Shown here in pieces: positions 14,071 through 27,803 of a DNA stretch of 64,000 nucleotides. Origin of the DNA: Eledone cirrhosa (lineage: Eukaryota); the NCBI GenBank assembly GCA_964016885.1, contig OZ024746.1, positions 7,564,001 to 7,628,000 of the forward strand, read 5' to 3'. Each line of letters begins with the position of its first letter. Position 1 is the stretch's first letter. The notes below the pieces were generated by a model. The model saw only the letters and a list, made by a program, of their open reading frames with translations. It did no database searches and was not told the DNA's origin. Made by a program: the position numbers and the translations under genes.

Positions 14071-15678
14071 TTGATGTGTTTAGATTGAAGTGTTTAGATT
14101 GAAGTGTTTAGATTGAAGGGTTTAGATTGAAATGTTTAGATTGAAGTGTTTAGATTGAAGTGTTTAGATTGAAGTGTTTAGATTGACATGTTTAGATTGA
14201 TGCGTTTAGATTGAAGTGTTTAGAATGAAGTGTTCATATTGATGTGTTTAGATTGAAGTGTTTAGATTGAAGCGTTTAGATTGAAGTGTTCATATTGATG
14301 TGTTTAGATTGAATTGTTTAGATTGAAGTGTTTAGAATGAAGTGTTCATATTGATGTGTTTAGATTGAAGTGTTTAGATTGAAGCGTTTAGATTGAAGTG
14401 TTCATATTGATGTGTTTAGATTGAAGTGTTTAGATTGAAGTGTTCAGATTGAAGTGTTTAGATTAAAGTGTTTAGATTGAAATGTTTAGATTGATGCATT
14501 TAGATTGAAGTGTTTAGAATGAAGTGTTCATATTGATGTGTTTAGATTGAAGTGTTTAGATTGAAGTGTTTAGATTGAAGTGTTCATATTGATGTGTTTA
14601 GATTGAAGTGTTTAGATTGAAGTGTTTAGATTGAAGTGTTTAGATTGAAGTGTTTAGATTGAAGTGTTTAGATTGAAGTGTTTAGATTGAAGTGTTTAGA
14701 TTGAAGCGTTTAGATTGAAGCGTTTAGATTGAAGTGTTTAGATTGAAGTGTTTAGATTGAAGTGTTTAGATTGAAGTGTTCATATTGATGTGTTTAGATT
14801 GAAGTGTTTAGATTGATGCATTTAGATTGAAGCGTTTAGATTGAAGTGTTTAGATTGAAGTGTTTAGATTGAAGTGTTTAGATTGAAGTGTTTAGATTGA
14901 AGTGTTTAGATTGAAGTGTTCATATTGATGTGTTTAGATTGAAGTGTTTAGATTGAAGTGTTTAGATTGAAGCGTTTAGATTGAAGTGTTTAGATTGAAG
15001 CGTTTAGATTGAAGTGTTTAGATTGAAGCGTTTAGATTGAAGTGTTTAGATTGAAGTGTTTAGATTGATGCATTTAGATTGAAGCGTTTAGATTGAAGTG
15101 TTTAGAATGAAGTGTTCATATTGATGTGTTTAGATTGAAGTGTTTAGATTGAAGTGTTTAGATTGAAGTGTTTAGATTGATGCATTTAGATTGAAGTGTT
15201 TAGAATGAAGTGTTCATATTGATGTGTTTAGATTGAAGTGTTTAGAATGAAGTGTTTAGATTGAAGTGTTTATATTGAAGTGTTTAGATTGAAGTGTTTA
15301 GATTGAAGTGTTTAGATTGAAGTGTTTAGATTGAAGTGTTTAGATTAAAGTGTTTAGATTAAAGTGTTTAGATTGAAGTGTTTAGATTGAAGTGTTTAGA
15401 TTGAAGTGTTTAGATTGAAGTGTTTAGATTGAAATGTTTAGATTGAAGTGTTTAGATTAAAATGTTTAGATTGAAATGTTTAGATTGAAGTGTTTAGATT
15501 AAAATGTTTAGATTAAAGTGTTTAGATTAAAGTGTTTAGATTGAAGTGTTTAGATTGAAGTGTTTAGATTGAAGTGTTTAGATTGAAGTGTTTAGATTGA
15601 AGTGTTTAGATTGAAGTGTTTAGATTAAAGTGTTTAGATTAAAGTGTTTAGATTGAAATGTTTAGATTGAAGTGTTTA
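14071..15678. repeat. 14-bp minisatellite (TTGAAGTGTTTAGA)n, about 115 copies
   Basis: Directly visible tandem array; copy number is length divided by 14. Confidence 0.97.
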
Positions 15679-15987
15679 TAACAATTTCAGTAAAAGTGTT
15701 AAGTACTTTTTCTTTTGAAAATAGTGCATAAAAATAGGAGTGAAAGGAAGACAAATTTAACATTGTGTAAAGTTAAAACAATAAAATATATGATGTATAA
15801 ATATAACAATGGAACAACGCCAGTGTTGATGTATGTTCACTGAACATGTGTGTGTGGGTATATGTATGTATATATATTTGTGTGTATATATTTAATGACT
15901 AGTTTCTCTGCTAGCAAGGATTGGAGATATATATATAAATGTTTATTTACACAAACATTTTTGTATATGATTCAATCTACCCCAGTC

Positions 15988-15994
<7 letters not shown>

Positions 15995-16062
<68 letters not shown>
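15995..16062. repeat. (TG)n microsatellite
   Basis: Directly visible. Confidence 0.95.
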
Positions 16063-16063
<1 letters not shown>

Positions 16064-16184
16064 AAAAACATGACCAACAGATACAAAAACAGTGTTATTA
16101 AGTTCATGGTTTCGATGAAAGAGAAATTAACAGATACATAATTAACAGGCATATTTGTCACTAATGATGTCTTTTATATTTGAC

Positions 16185-17208
16185 ACACACACATATATAT
16201 ATATATATATACACCATTCCACCAATATATACACTGACATACACAGACCAACCACACATATATATATATATATATACACCATTCCACCAATATATACACT
16301 GACATACACAGACCAACCACACATATATATATATATATACACCATTCCACCAATATATACACTGACATACACAGACCAACCACACATATATATATATATA
16401 TATACACCATTCCACCAATATATACACTGACATACACAGACCAACCACACATATATATATATATACACCATTCCACCAATATATACACTGACATAGACAG
16501 ACCAACCACACACACATATATATATATATATACACCATTCCACCAATATATACACTGACATACACAGACCAACCACACATATATATATATATATACACCA
16601 TTCCACCAATATATACACTGACATAGACAGACCAACCACACATATATATATATATATACACCATGCCACCAATATATACACTGACATACACAGACCAACC
16701 ACACACACACATATATATATATATATACACCATTCCACCAATATATACACTGACATACACAGACCAACCACACATATATATATATATACACCATTCCACC
16801 AATATATACACTGACATAGACAGACCAACCACACACACACATATATATATATATATACACCATTCCACCAATATATACACTGACATACACAGACCAACCA
16901 CACATATATATATACACCATTCCACCAATATATACACTGACATACACAGACCAACCACACATATATATATACACACCATTCCACCAATATATACACTGAC
17001 ATACACAGACCAACCACACATATATATATATACACCATTCCACCAATATATACACTGACATACACAGACCAACCACACATATATATATATACACCATTCC
17101 ACCAATATATACACTGACATACACAGACCAACCACACATATATATATATATATATATACACCATTCCACCAATATATACACTGACACATACACAGACCAA
17201 CCACACAC

Positions 17209-17239
<31 letters not shown>

Positions 17240-17350
17240 ATTCCACCAATATATACGCTGGTATAGAGACAGACCAACCACACATATATACAATGTTAAT
17301 ATAGACACCACCACAGACATTGTATAAACCATTCCACCAATATATAGTGA
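16185..17350. repeat. About 60-bp minisatellite with an embedded variable (AC)/(AT)n tract, about 18-19 copies
   Basis: Constant core ACACCATTCCACCAATATATACACTGACATACACAGACCAACCACAC followed by (AT)n of variable length. Confidence 0.95.
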
Positions 17351-17711
17351 TACACACATACATCCCATTTTTTTTCTATTTTCTAATCTATTTACTATTG
17401 TACTCTCCAGACGAAGGGCTATCATCCGATATGTTGAGCTTTTTCTTTCTCTTTCATCCAAAGCAGAACCTAACAACGCTAATGTTTTTTGTATCTCAAT
17501 GTTTGTCATTTTTTAAAATTATTTTATCCATGCTTACGTGGCATTTCCCGTGATTTGGACTTGGAAATCTACCTGGAATCTTGGGACAGCGTCCTTCCAA
17601 CAATCTTGATCCACCATGGACTACACACGAGACAGCCAGAGAATACAGTCTCTATTTAAGGCTTTTAGCATCTCCAGCAGTATTTTACCCTTCCCAGTGG
17701 AGGAGAGGAGA

Positions 17712-17951
17712 GACAGCTCACACCTATGCAGGTTTAGCTGGCCTCCTCCAAGGTATATCTCGTTGGAGGTGTCTTGGGTGATTTAATGATAGGGACCCCA
17801 GTCCTATCATCTCATTTCTACAGCTGAGTAAACTGGAGCAATGTGAAATAAAGTGTCTTGCTCAAGGAAACAACACATCACCCAGTCCGAGAATTAAACT
17901 CACGTTTCGATTGCAAGGCCAATGCTCTAACCACTAAGCCCTGCGCCTTCC
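17712..17951 (-). mobile_element. tRNA-derived SINE, family C, full length
   Basis: Near-identical to 39674-39916 (+) and 55906-56142 (-). Has a tRNA-like head (GGCTTAGTGGTTAGAGC..CTTGCAA..GTT) and a TCCTTGAGCAAGACACTTT CORE-like block. Confidence 0.85.
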
Positions 17952-18125
17952 CAGTGGCTTTGTCACATTTAAGCTCTTTAACCACAATTATAACCTCAGC
18001 CTCAGAGATTAGTCACCACTTCCAGGTGCACCTCGTGGACATCAAAAGATCTCATGACAGTTCCAAATACTTTTCAGTTTCCACTTTAGATCCTGGTACC
18101 AGTTAATTACTATTATTATTATTGT

Positions 18126-18295
18126 TGTGGATTGGCAGTATCGGTAAATGGTCAGACGCCATGCTTTGCGGCATAGAGTTACGGCCCTTTACGTTCTGGG
18201 TTCAAATCCTGCTGAGGTTATCTTTGCATTTCATCCTTACGGGGTCAATAAAATAAAGCACCAGTAATGTACTGGTGCCTAAAGTAGAAACAGTT
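18126..18295 (+). mobile_element. SINE family A
   Basis: Homologous to 5010-5196. Confidence 0.8.
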
Positions 18296-18762
18296 ATTGT
18301 TGTCATTATTTTTATTATTACCCCTATTATTAATACCTTCAGTATCTTTATGTTAAATCACATTACTTCTTTTAATATTATTTCCCATATATGGTAGCAG
18401 GAAAATATATTAGGCTATTCTAAAAAGAAAATTAGTCTTCTGATATTTTCAGAGCAAGAATTTGTTCTTCCTGCTTAATGACATAATTTTGCCTTTTATT
18501 CTCTTTGCATACATTTTGCCCCAATACAAGAGAACGTCTTCACGCATTACCGTTATGTCTTTCTATTTTTCAAAGGCAATATTTGGTCGTAATTCTTTTG
18601 CATCCATGGATTGATATTTCTCAGTTTCAGAAGATCCCACTTTAAGGTGAAAGCAGAAATTGTTTGCTTAAATTTTTAATCTGTACTAATAATAAAGTCC
18701 TCTCTGGATTTGGGTTTCAACATTTCTAATTTAAAATCATCGAAACACCTCGTTAAAATGCA

Positions 18763-18821
<59 letters not shown>

Positions 18822-19018
18822 AACTCGTTAAAATGTAAGATATATATATATATATATATACACAGAACAAAAAATATAGAAAAAAATAGAGATATATATG
18901 GAAAGAATAAGATAGAGAATGTGGCTAGCAAACTCAAACAATGGGTGCCAATAACAAAAACAAAAATATCCCAAAATTCCTTCAGTAGTAATTGTATTTA
19001 AATTTCTGTGGTAGAACC

Positions 19019-19195
19019 TTACTTAGTAGTATCTAGTAACATATCCAAGTTGTTTGGGTCAACATCTGCCCAATAAGGGAGAATAAATGGTAAATTCTTT
19101 GTTAGTTCCTCTATCATAGGGAGCAATAGAGAGAAGAGAAAACTCGAGCCTTTGTTTGATAAATGAAGTCCATCATTCAACATTTCTTTCCAGTT
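19019..19195 (-). CDS. IAH1: IAH1 exon 6 (last), NWKEMLNDGLHLSNKGSSFLF...LPYWADVDPNNLDMLLDTTK*
   Basis: Acceptor tgttgtag; TAA at 19019-19021; contains the catalytic DxxH. Confidence 0.93.
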   Translation of the reverse strand, partial: NWKEMLNDGLHLSNKGSSFLFSLLLPMIEELTKNLPFILPYWADVDPNNLDMLLDTTK

Positions 19196-22100
19196 CTACA
19201 ACAGAAAATATAGATTTTTATCTTTATATAAAAATATTTGTAATACATAAACCAGATACACAAATCAAATTTAAGATCTTTGCTACTTTTATTTTTTTAA
19301 ATATCTATAATTGATAAAACTATCACCATCATCAACGTCCATTTTCTATGCTAGCATGGGTTAGACAAGTTGTCCCGTTGAGAGACAAGCCAGGTCAGAT
19401 GACAGTCTTACTGTCTTACAGAATTGACTTTGGCTCAGTTTCTATGGCTGGACGCTGTTCCTAATGTCAGCCACATTTACAGTGTACTGGGTGCTTTTTG
19501 TCGTGTCACCCCTAAACTTCTGTATATGACCCATAAACTCCTGTATATGACCCATAAACTTCTGTATATGACCCATAAACTTCTGTATATGACCCATAAA
19601 CTTCTGTATATGACCTCTCAATGAAATGTATAAATTATGCTTAGTTAAAGTAGTAAATAAACAAAAGTTTTGTAAAAAACAATGTATATATACAATCACA
19701 AACATCTACTCCAGTATGGTCAGAGTCTGGTAGATGAGGCCACTAAACATGTTGTGTATCAATATTGCTGCTATTTTCACTCTTTTTAAACAACCTGGTT
19801 TTAAGCTAACATGGTATGTTAAAAGGGTTTACCAGTAAATATTAATAACAAGATTTATTTTTATGCGTATCATTTTTTTTCAAATGTTTGGTTGTCAAAA
19901 TTTGGGTGCATCCTTAAGGGCGATGTGTCTTCTACGATGATACTTAACCCTTTACTCTATATATATTATTGTATTTTTGTGGTAAAGGCTTTATCTTACA
20001 TAATATCTCACATAATATTGAATCTGAGATTTTGATATTATCTATTTTGAGAACAATACCTTAACATCAGTATAAGTGGCCAGTTACGGTTGGTTTGAAC
20101 AGAAATAGGTGAGAGAATTCTGGCCGGATATGGCCAGTTTAAATGCTTAAGGGTTAAGTAATGAAACCGATTTCTTTCTCATTTTAAATTTCATATATAT
20201 TAAAAAGAATGAAAAGAACACAATTACTCACATGATGCTTCATCATTTCTGTGTAAAGGTCAATACATTTAGTATTAGTTTCTTGAGCTGCTTCTTTGCA
20301 TGCTGCAGCATAGAGGACTGCGTTTTCATTGAAATTTGAAATGACTCGACCTGTAAAATACACAAATAAATATAGATCAATAATGAATCTGAAATAAGAC
20401 AGCAAATCATAGCAATGGAGCTAACTTAATACAATGATGACAATATGTGACAATATGATGACAAGTGAGTCTAAAACACTAGGCTTTCTTCTTAGACAGA
20501 GAATACTTTTGCTGGACAGTTACTGAATCTGCAAGGTACAACAATAATTAGATCATCATCATCGTTTAACATCCATTTTTTCACACTAACATAGGTAGGA
20601 CTTCTTCATCATCATCATCGTCATCGTTTAACGTCCATCTTCCACGCTAGCATGGGTTAGACGGGAGTTGTCCCACTTGAGGCAAGATTGGTTGGGTGAC
20701 CGTGTCTCGCTCATATAGGACTATCTGGCAGGTTTTCTATGGCTGGATGCCCTTCCTAATACCAACCACATTTACAGTGTGGACTGGGAACTTTTTACTG
20801 TTACCTACATGGCCACATTACAGCGTGGACTGTTTGTTTTTTTGTCGTGACACCTACACGATCTCGAATCTCATTAGTTTGGACTGGATGTTGTGGTACC
20901 TACATAACTTTACAGAGAAAGGGGTGGTGTTGGTGGGAGTGAGAGGATGGAGTAGGATAGTGGGTTGGGGTGTAAATTTGCTTATATATATAAATTGAAG
21001 AAACTACTATATACATACAAATATTTTAGACTGCATCCTAAAGAAAAAACTATCCAACTGATTTGAAACCTGACCTGACTATGAACTCAATACATGATTT
21101 CTACAACAGTTCCTCAGACTTTGGTAACTCTTGTCTGAGTGTGAATACTTTTTGTTTTATTTTATATTTTATTCACAGTTGTAATTCACATTACAGATTG
21201 TTCCCAAATCTTTCAGAATGTAAATATAAACAGATATAAATACAGTTAACTATTGCTGAAAACCTCACAAATATAACACGCCACAAATATAGATCAGAGC
21301 GAGAGAAAGAAAAAAAGAGAAACAAAACCCCAAACAACCGTCAATTCACCACCAAGTGCAACAATCAGCCACACATCACAAAGGTCAATGGAATATTTTC
21401 TAGAATAATTTTCTAATTACTTTCTCCTTGAGATCTATAAGAAGATTTGTATACATGTTAAACTAATGAAACAACTCCTTACAGTTGTAAGCTGTACCTA
21501 TTCAATGTATTTATTTACAGAGCTAATAAAAGTTTTATCATGGTGACAGAATCATATTGTTGATTCTAAGTCTGATATTGTTGATTCTAAGTCTATGCTA
21601 TGACTAAATTTTGTTGTTATTGTTTAGCACAATGTCTGCCATAAACAAACCTATGATCAAATATATTCTAATGATGACCATCCTGTCCTTTTGGTTATCC
21701 AGAACCAAATATTCAATATATCTTTCCTCTTTTTAAGATGGTGGGGTGTGATTCGAGGAAGTTTCACTGCTATTTCTACCAGGTCAGACAACCTCTAGAT
21801 GACTCATGTAACTATACAAGTAATAATACAGTGATATCTATTCAGCTACTAACTGACAGAATGGACCTTGCCATTCTTTATCAGGGTGGCCTTACTGATC
21901 TGTGATTTTAAAGGGCAGGAAATGAAAACTAAATGTTGGCATGAGAATTGGATAAAAAATTCTAGTAGCAATTGCTCTTATTTTATTTTAACTCACTTGT
22001 AAATAGTAAAATATAAATTAGCAAAATATTCATCTAATGTGGGACTTGTGAAATTTGGCACGTTTTTTAATGAACCTATTTCTCCTCACACCTCCAATAA

Positions 22101-25100
22101 GCTATGTAACTACTTTTGAAAGGTTAACATAGCAAATTATACTTATAATGGTTTAATTGTGAAGCAATTGATATTTATTTTATTTATTTTAATGAAAACA
22201 AAATCTGTTTGGAGAAAGTAACATTCAAGACAGATGTTCACAAGGATTGTTGAGTCCCAACAAAAAGTGCCCAGTTCATACTGTAAAGTGGTTATGTAAG
22301 TGACACAACAAAAAACACCCAGTCCACACTGAAGTGGTTGCGTAGGTGTCACAACAAAAAACACCCAGTCCACACTGAAGTGGTTGCGTAGGTGTCACAA
22401 CAAAAAACACCCAGCCCACACTGTAAATGTGGTTGGTGTTAGGAAGGGTATCCAGCTGTAGAAACCAAGCCAGAAATAGTTTTGTATGAGCAACATATGG
22501 TTATCTGACCTGACTTGTGTCACAATGAGACAACTCATCTAACCGATGTTAGCATGGAAATGGATGTTAAACTGATGCTGAGTGTCGCCATCTTACTTAA
22601 GTTATACTTCAAGATGGTTATAGCAAATACACTGCAGCACAGCAGATCTTTTTGTTTTTTCTTCATAATGCAAATGATGATAATAGTTAGCAGAGAGCTA
22701 TAACAAGTGTGATGGAATTTAAGATGATAAGATGAGGGAGAAAAGTGGCATGGGAGTGATGTTACTAAAAAGGTTGTCAAGTATAAACAGGTGAGAATTG
22801 GTCAGGCAACCTCTACACAGGGAATACATGAGATGGGGGGGGGGATACTATAGCAGAAATGGAGGGGCATATCAAGCATCTAGTTTTTATAGGCAGGTCT
22901 TCTCCAATACAGCATGTCATCTGTCATTGTGTTCCTTTGTCACCTCTGTTGTAATGTTCAGCTTCCTCGGGTATGTGGGTGGAAGTAGGGGGTGGGGCAC
23001 ATTTTCCATGCTAGCATGGGTTGTACATGGAAATGGATTGTGGATGAAGTAAGATGGGAGGGGAAGCACAATATGGGTGAGGGATCGGAGCACTTTATGT
23101 ACTGGCATGGGTTAGATTAAGGAAGTGGGGTGTGGTGTGTGAAGTATATGGATGCGGGTGGCATTTGGGGAGTAACGTGGATAATGTTAGGAAAGTAGAC
23201 AGGAGGCTTAGGCCTGTCTACCTCTCCCATTCCACCCTATTCATATCTCCAGATGACTCACAAAATATATGTTACCTTTCTGTTTACAATACTTGTCATA
23301 GACCTCTTCATCTACAGCAGGAGGACCAATTAAAATCACTTGTTCACAAGATAATCCACTTTCCTGTTTTAAAAAACCAAAATAAAGTACATGTACACAT
23401 TATATATCATCATTACTGCATACACACATCATCATTACCACATATAATAATAATAATGAAATTATTGTGTACAGTGCTCAGGTGCACTACAACTCATCAA
23501 AGGTACATGTATAGTACATAGAATAATATAGAAATGTCAGGGAAGTGAATAGTGTAAGAGTCATGATATACATGTGTGCGTGTGTATGGAAGGGGAACAT
23601 TAGGTGTAGTGTTGGCGAATCTCAGGAAGCATGGAGGTTTTAAAGTATGCAGTGTCTCGACAGCTAACAACTGATGCAGGTAGTTTGTTCCATGCTTCAG
23701 CACACACACAAATCTGATGTACTTATCCACATTTTTCTTCCAGCAAATTTACAAGGCTTTGGTTGATCTGTGGCTATCATGGGTGACCAGCAGTCGCCCA
23801 TACATACCAGTCTCCCCTCTCCATGCCACCGATGTTGTCCAAAGGAAAGGCAATGACAGATACAGCTTGGCACCAGTGATATCACAACTCATATATACAC
23901 ATTATATATACACTATATATAAACTATATATATACACTACATATGATGTTGTCCAAGAGAAAGGCAATGACTGATACAGCTTGGCACCAGTGACATCACA
24001 ACTCATTTCTACAGCTGAGTAAACTGGAGCAACATGAAATAAAGTATCTTGCTCAAGAACAAATCACATCACCCAGTCCGAAAATTGAACTCACAACCTC
24101 TCAGTTGCAGGCCCAATGCTCTAACCACTAAGACACATGCCTCCACATGACTGGAGATAAGCTATAGATAAATGATAAGTATGTAAATTGGGGATACATT
24201 ATAAATAATGTATTGATATGTAAATTGGGGATATGTTATGAATAATGTATTGATATGTAAATTGGGGATATGTTATGAATAATGTATTGATATGCAAATT
24301 GAGGATATGTTATGAATAATGTATTGATATGTAAATGAGCCAAAAAAGTGTGTTTTTTTTTTTCAGCATAATTTTTCAAGTTGTAAGTTACTGTCTCTCT
24401 ATAGTGGATGAAACAGTCCCAGTGAGTCAGTAAATGCCCCTGTTTCTATGAAACAGTCCCAGTGAGTCAGTAAATGCCCCCGTTTCTATGAAACAATCCC
24501 AGTACATCAGTAAATGCCCCTGTTTCTATGAAACAATCCCAGTACATCAGTAAATGCCCCTGTTTCTATGAAACAATCCCAGTACATCAGTAAATGCCCC
24601 TGTTTCTATGAAATAGTCCCAGTGTGTCAGTAAATGCCCCTGTTTCTATGAAAGTCCCAGTGAGTCAGTAAATACCCCTGTTTCTATGATACAAACCAAC
24701 CAATTTAATGGGGGGGGGGGGTCATAAATTAAATCTGCCCAACATAATTTTATTTAAGAACATTTTATTATATTACATCTTAATGAAATTATAATTTTAC
24801 TAAATCTTTCCCAAGTTCTTCATTATTTAATTAAAATACAAAATATTTCAAATTGTTCTTCAATTCATTCTGCTGAGAGTGCATTCATGCTGTGGTTTAA
24901 GCATGGCTTCCATATACCAAATTCCACTCACAAGACTTTGGTCAACAAAATGTGACACAAGTTGCCCAGGTAAGGTGCTGTACACACTTGGAACTCGATA
25001 ACAAAGTGAAATTCATAAAATATACATAAAATATAAGAGAAGTGGAGAGATTGACTATAAATATAACAAGTTTTACCTGCAGAATTTGAACCATCTCTAC

Positions 25101-27373
25101 CAAGTTGTCTTTGTATTCATCTACAGGAACATGTTGAAGAGGATTAATTTTTTCATCAACACAGTCATTTGCCCCCAAGAATATAGACACAAATACAGCA
25201 TCTTTCAAGTCATTTTTATTCAATACTGAAGGCAAGATCTTTCTACACCACCGGCTGTTATATCCAGATAAGCCACGGTTGATAACATCACATTTCCTGA
25301 AATTAAAATAAAAAGAAACAACAGAAATAAAAATAACTGAAAATTAAATACTTTCCCTTCTAAAATACACAGAATGTAATGTAGAATTCTAAAATTGGAA
25401 AGAAGAAAAGCACAACACTATCAGCTAGGAATTGGTCAGAGGTTTACATGTTTCTCTAAGATTGATACATAATTATAAAAAAGTTAGCCTTTCTTAAGAG
25501 AATAATAAAAATTAGTCTTACCTTTGTAATATGTTTGCCACAAGTGCAGCCCAACAGCCATCATGACTAAAGGCATACTAAAACAGAAGAGAGAAATAAT
25601 ATAGGAATTAAACTTAAGTATATGTAGAGTAGGATTCAAGTTAAAAGATTAAAGGAATAAATATATTTAATATTCATCTGAAAAGTAAACATTTCAACAA
25701 TTTAAAGCTACAAAGTAAATACTAAATAACCTTTTTGCATAATTTTTCATTTGTTCTTAACACTTGAAAATCTACAGCGTGGTCTATGACGACATGCTTC
25801 GTAACAACATGGTCTATGATGACATGGTCCGTGACGACGTGGTCCGTGACGACGTGGTCCGTGACGACGTGGTCTGGTCCGTGAGGACGTGGACCATGAC
25901 GATGTGGTCTGGTCCATGACGACGTGGTCTGGTCCATGACGACGTGGTCTGGTCTGTGATGACGTGATCCGTGACGACGTGGTCTGGTCCGTGACGACGT
26001 GGTCTGGTCTGTGACGACGTGGTCTGGTCTGTGACGACGTGGTCTATGATGACATTGTCTGGTCTATGACGACATGGTCTATGATGTGGTCTAGACGTGG
26101 TCTATGATGACTCTTAGCAATTTTTGAAATAAATCAGTTACTCTTGGGTCTTTAATAATCGTCCCCCCCCCCTCCTACTTATTAAATTTTGTTAATCTAT
26201 CTCTGATGAAATTATATTTTAAGTAGTAGCATTCCTGCGACAATTTTCTTTAGACATTAAAAACCATTAAACATGACAAAAAAGTACTAGAAATCCCATA
26301 CATTATAAAATAAATAGGATGGGTTGGGGGTCACAATATGTAAACTAAACGACTAATTCTGGTTTTTAAAAAATCAACAGAAACAACCAAGGGAAATTAC
26401 CCACCACCCCCACTTATTCCAACCCTCTCCCACTTATTCCACCTCACCCCTATTATTTGGGACCCAAGAGTAAATGATTTTCTAGAAAATGATATATAGA
26501 TGTTCTTTGTTGCCCTCATCCAAGCCTGAAAGTAGATTTAGTCCAACACCTCAAGATAATGAAACAGTCCTTATTGAGACCAGTGATACACAATGTGACC
26601 TATATCAAAGTTTTGGTGGTCCAAGTCAAGTTTTAGGTCCTACAGTGTTGCATAATACAATAAGGAGTAAATCTATATTTGGTGGTCCATGAAATTTTCC
26701 TTGTGGGCCGGGTAGACGACTTTTTAAGGAAGGATGTGCACCCCTGCTTTAGACAGTATTCCTTATTCCTCCTACTATTAATAATAATTTGTATTTCACC
26801 TTCACATATACTGTCTACATTGTATGGAAATTATTACCTGTATTGACATCAATAAAGATTTCTTCTACTTAAGAAAGGTAAGCCTATATAATACATACAG
26901 CTATTTCCTTTAGTTATGTTGCAATGTCCTTCAGAAGAGAAGATTAAACGTCACATAATTGATTTTTTTGTTATAATTTCTAAAGATTTGTACATGTGAA
27001 ACAAATCAATAATAAAAACAATCTAAATACTGCAATGAAATCAATATAATAAAAGGCATGATTATATCACATAAATGGTCACCTGGCCACCTCATAAACT
27101 GAGATGAAGATAGAGAGATAAATCATGGATAGAAAGGGTTTCTGAATTATAGAAAGCTAAAACAGTTTACGTGGAGACATTACAGAGTTTTAATATAACA
27201 GAAAATAATATTGATAGACTTGATATAATCCTAAGGTTGGATAAATTCTATGATGATTTGATAAAGATTATGGCAGAGAGACAAGAACAATGAATAGATC
27301 TGGCATCTTTAAACATCAGGAAATAAACCTGTATGCAATAGATGGCAATTATAGATATTGGCATATATAGGTA

Positions 27374-27415
<42 letters not shown>

Positions 27416-27765
27416 AGAAGATAAATAAAATTTTATTTGTGTAGGCCAAATACATGCAAATGAACATTATACAATGTAGTAGTGCATGTAGACTGTTACG
27501 TAATCGTACAGAAACATATGTTAAAGATAGATTACACAATTCTTCTTCTGTCCACCACATCCTGGGACCTATATACACACATCATCATCATCATCATCAT
27601 CAGGTTTAGCGTCCGTGTTCCACGCTTGCATGGGTTTGGACGGGGGTTTTCCCACTTGAGGCAAGAGTGGTTGTCTTGCTCGCATAGGACTGTCTGGCGG
27701 GTTTTCTACAGTTGGATGCCCTTCCTAACACCAACCACATTTACAGTGTGGGGCTGGGAGGTTTT

Positions 27766-27803
<38 letters not shown>

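Noticed and set aside
16142-17509. Long ORFs (455, 400 and 369 aa) rich in YI/CV/WW
   Set aside because: They are translations of the about 60-bp minisatellite; being open in several frames reflects low complexity, not coding.
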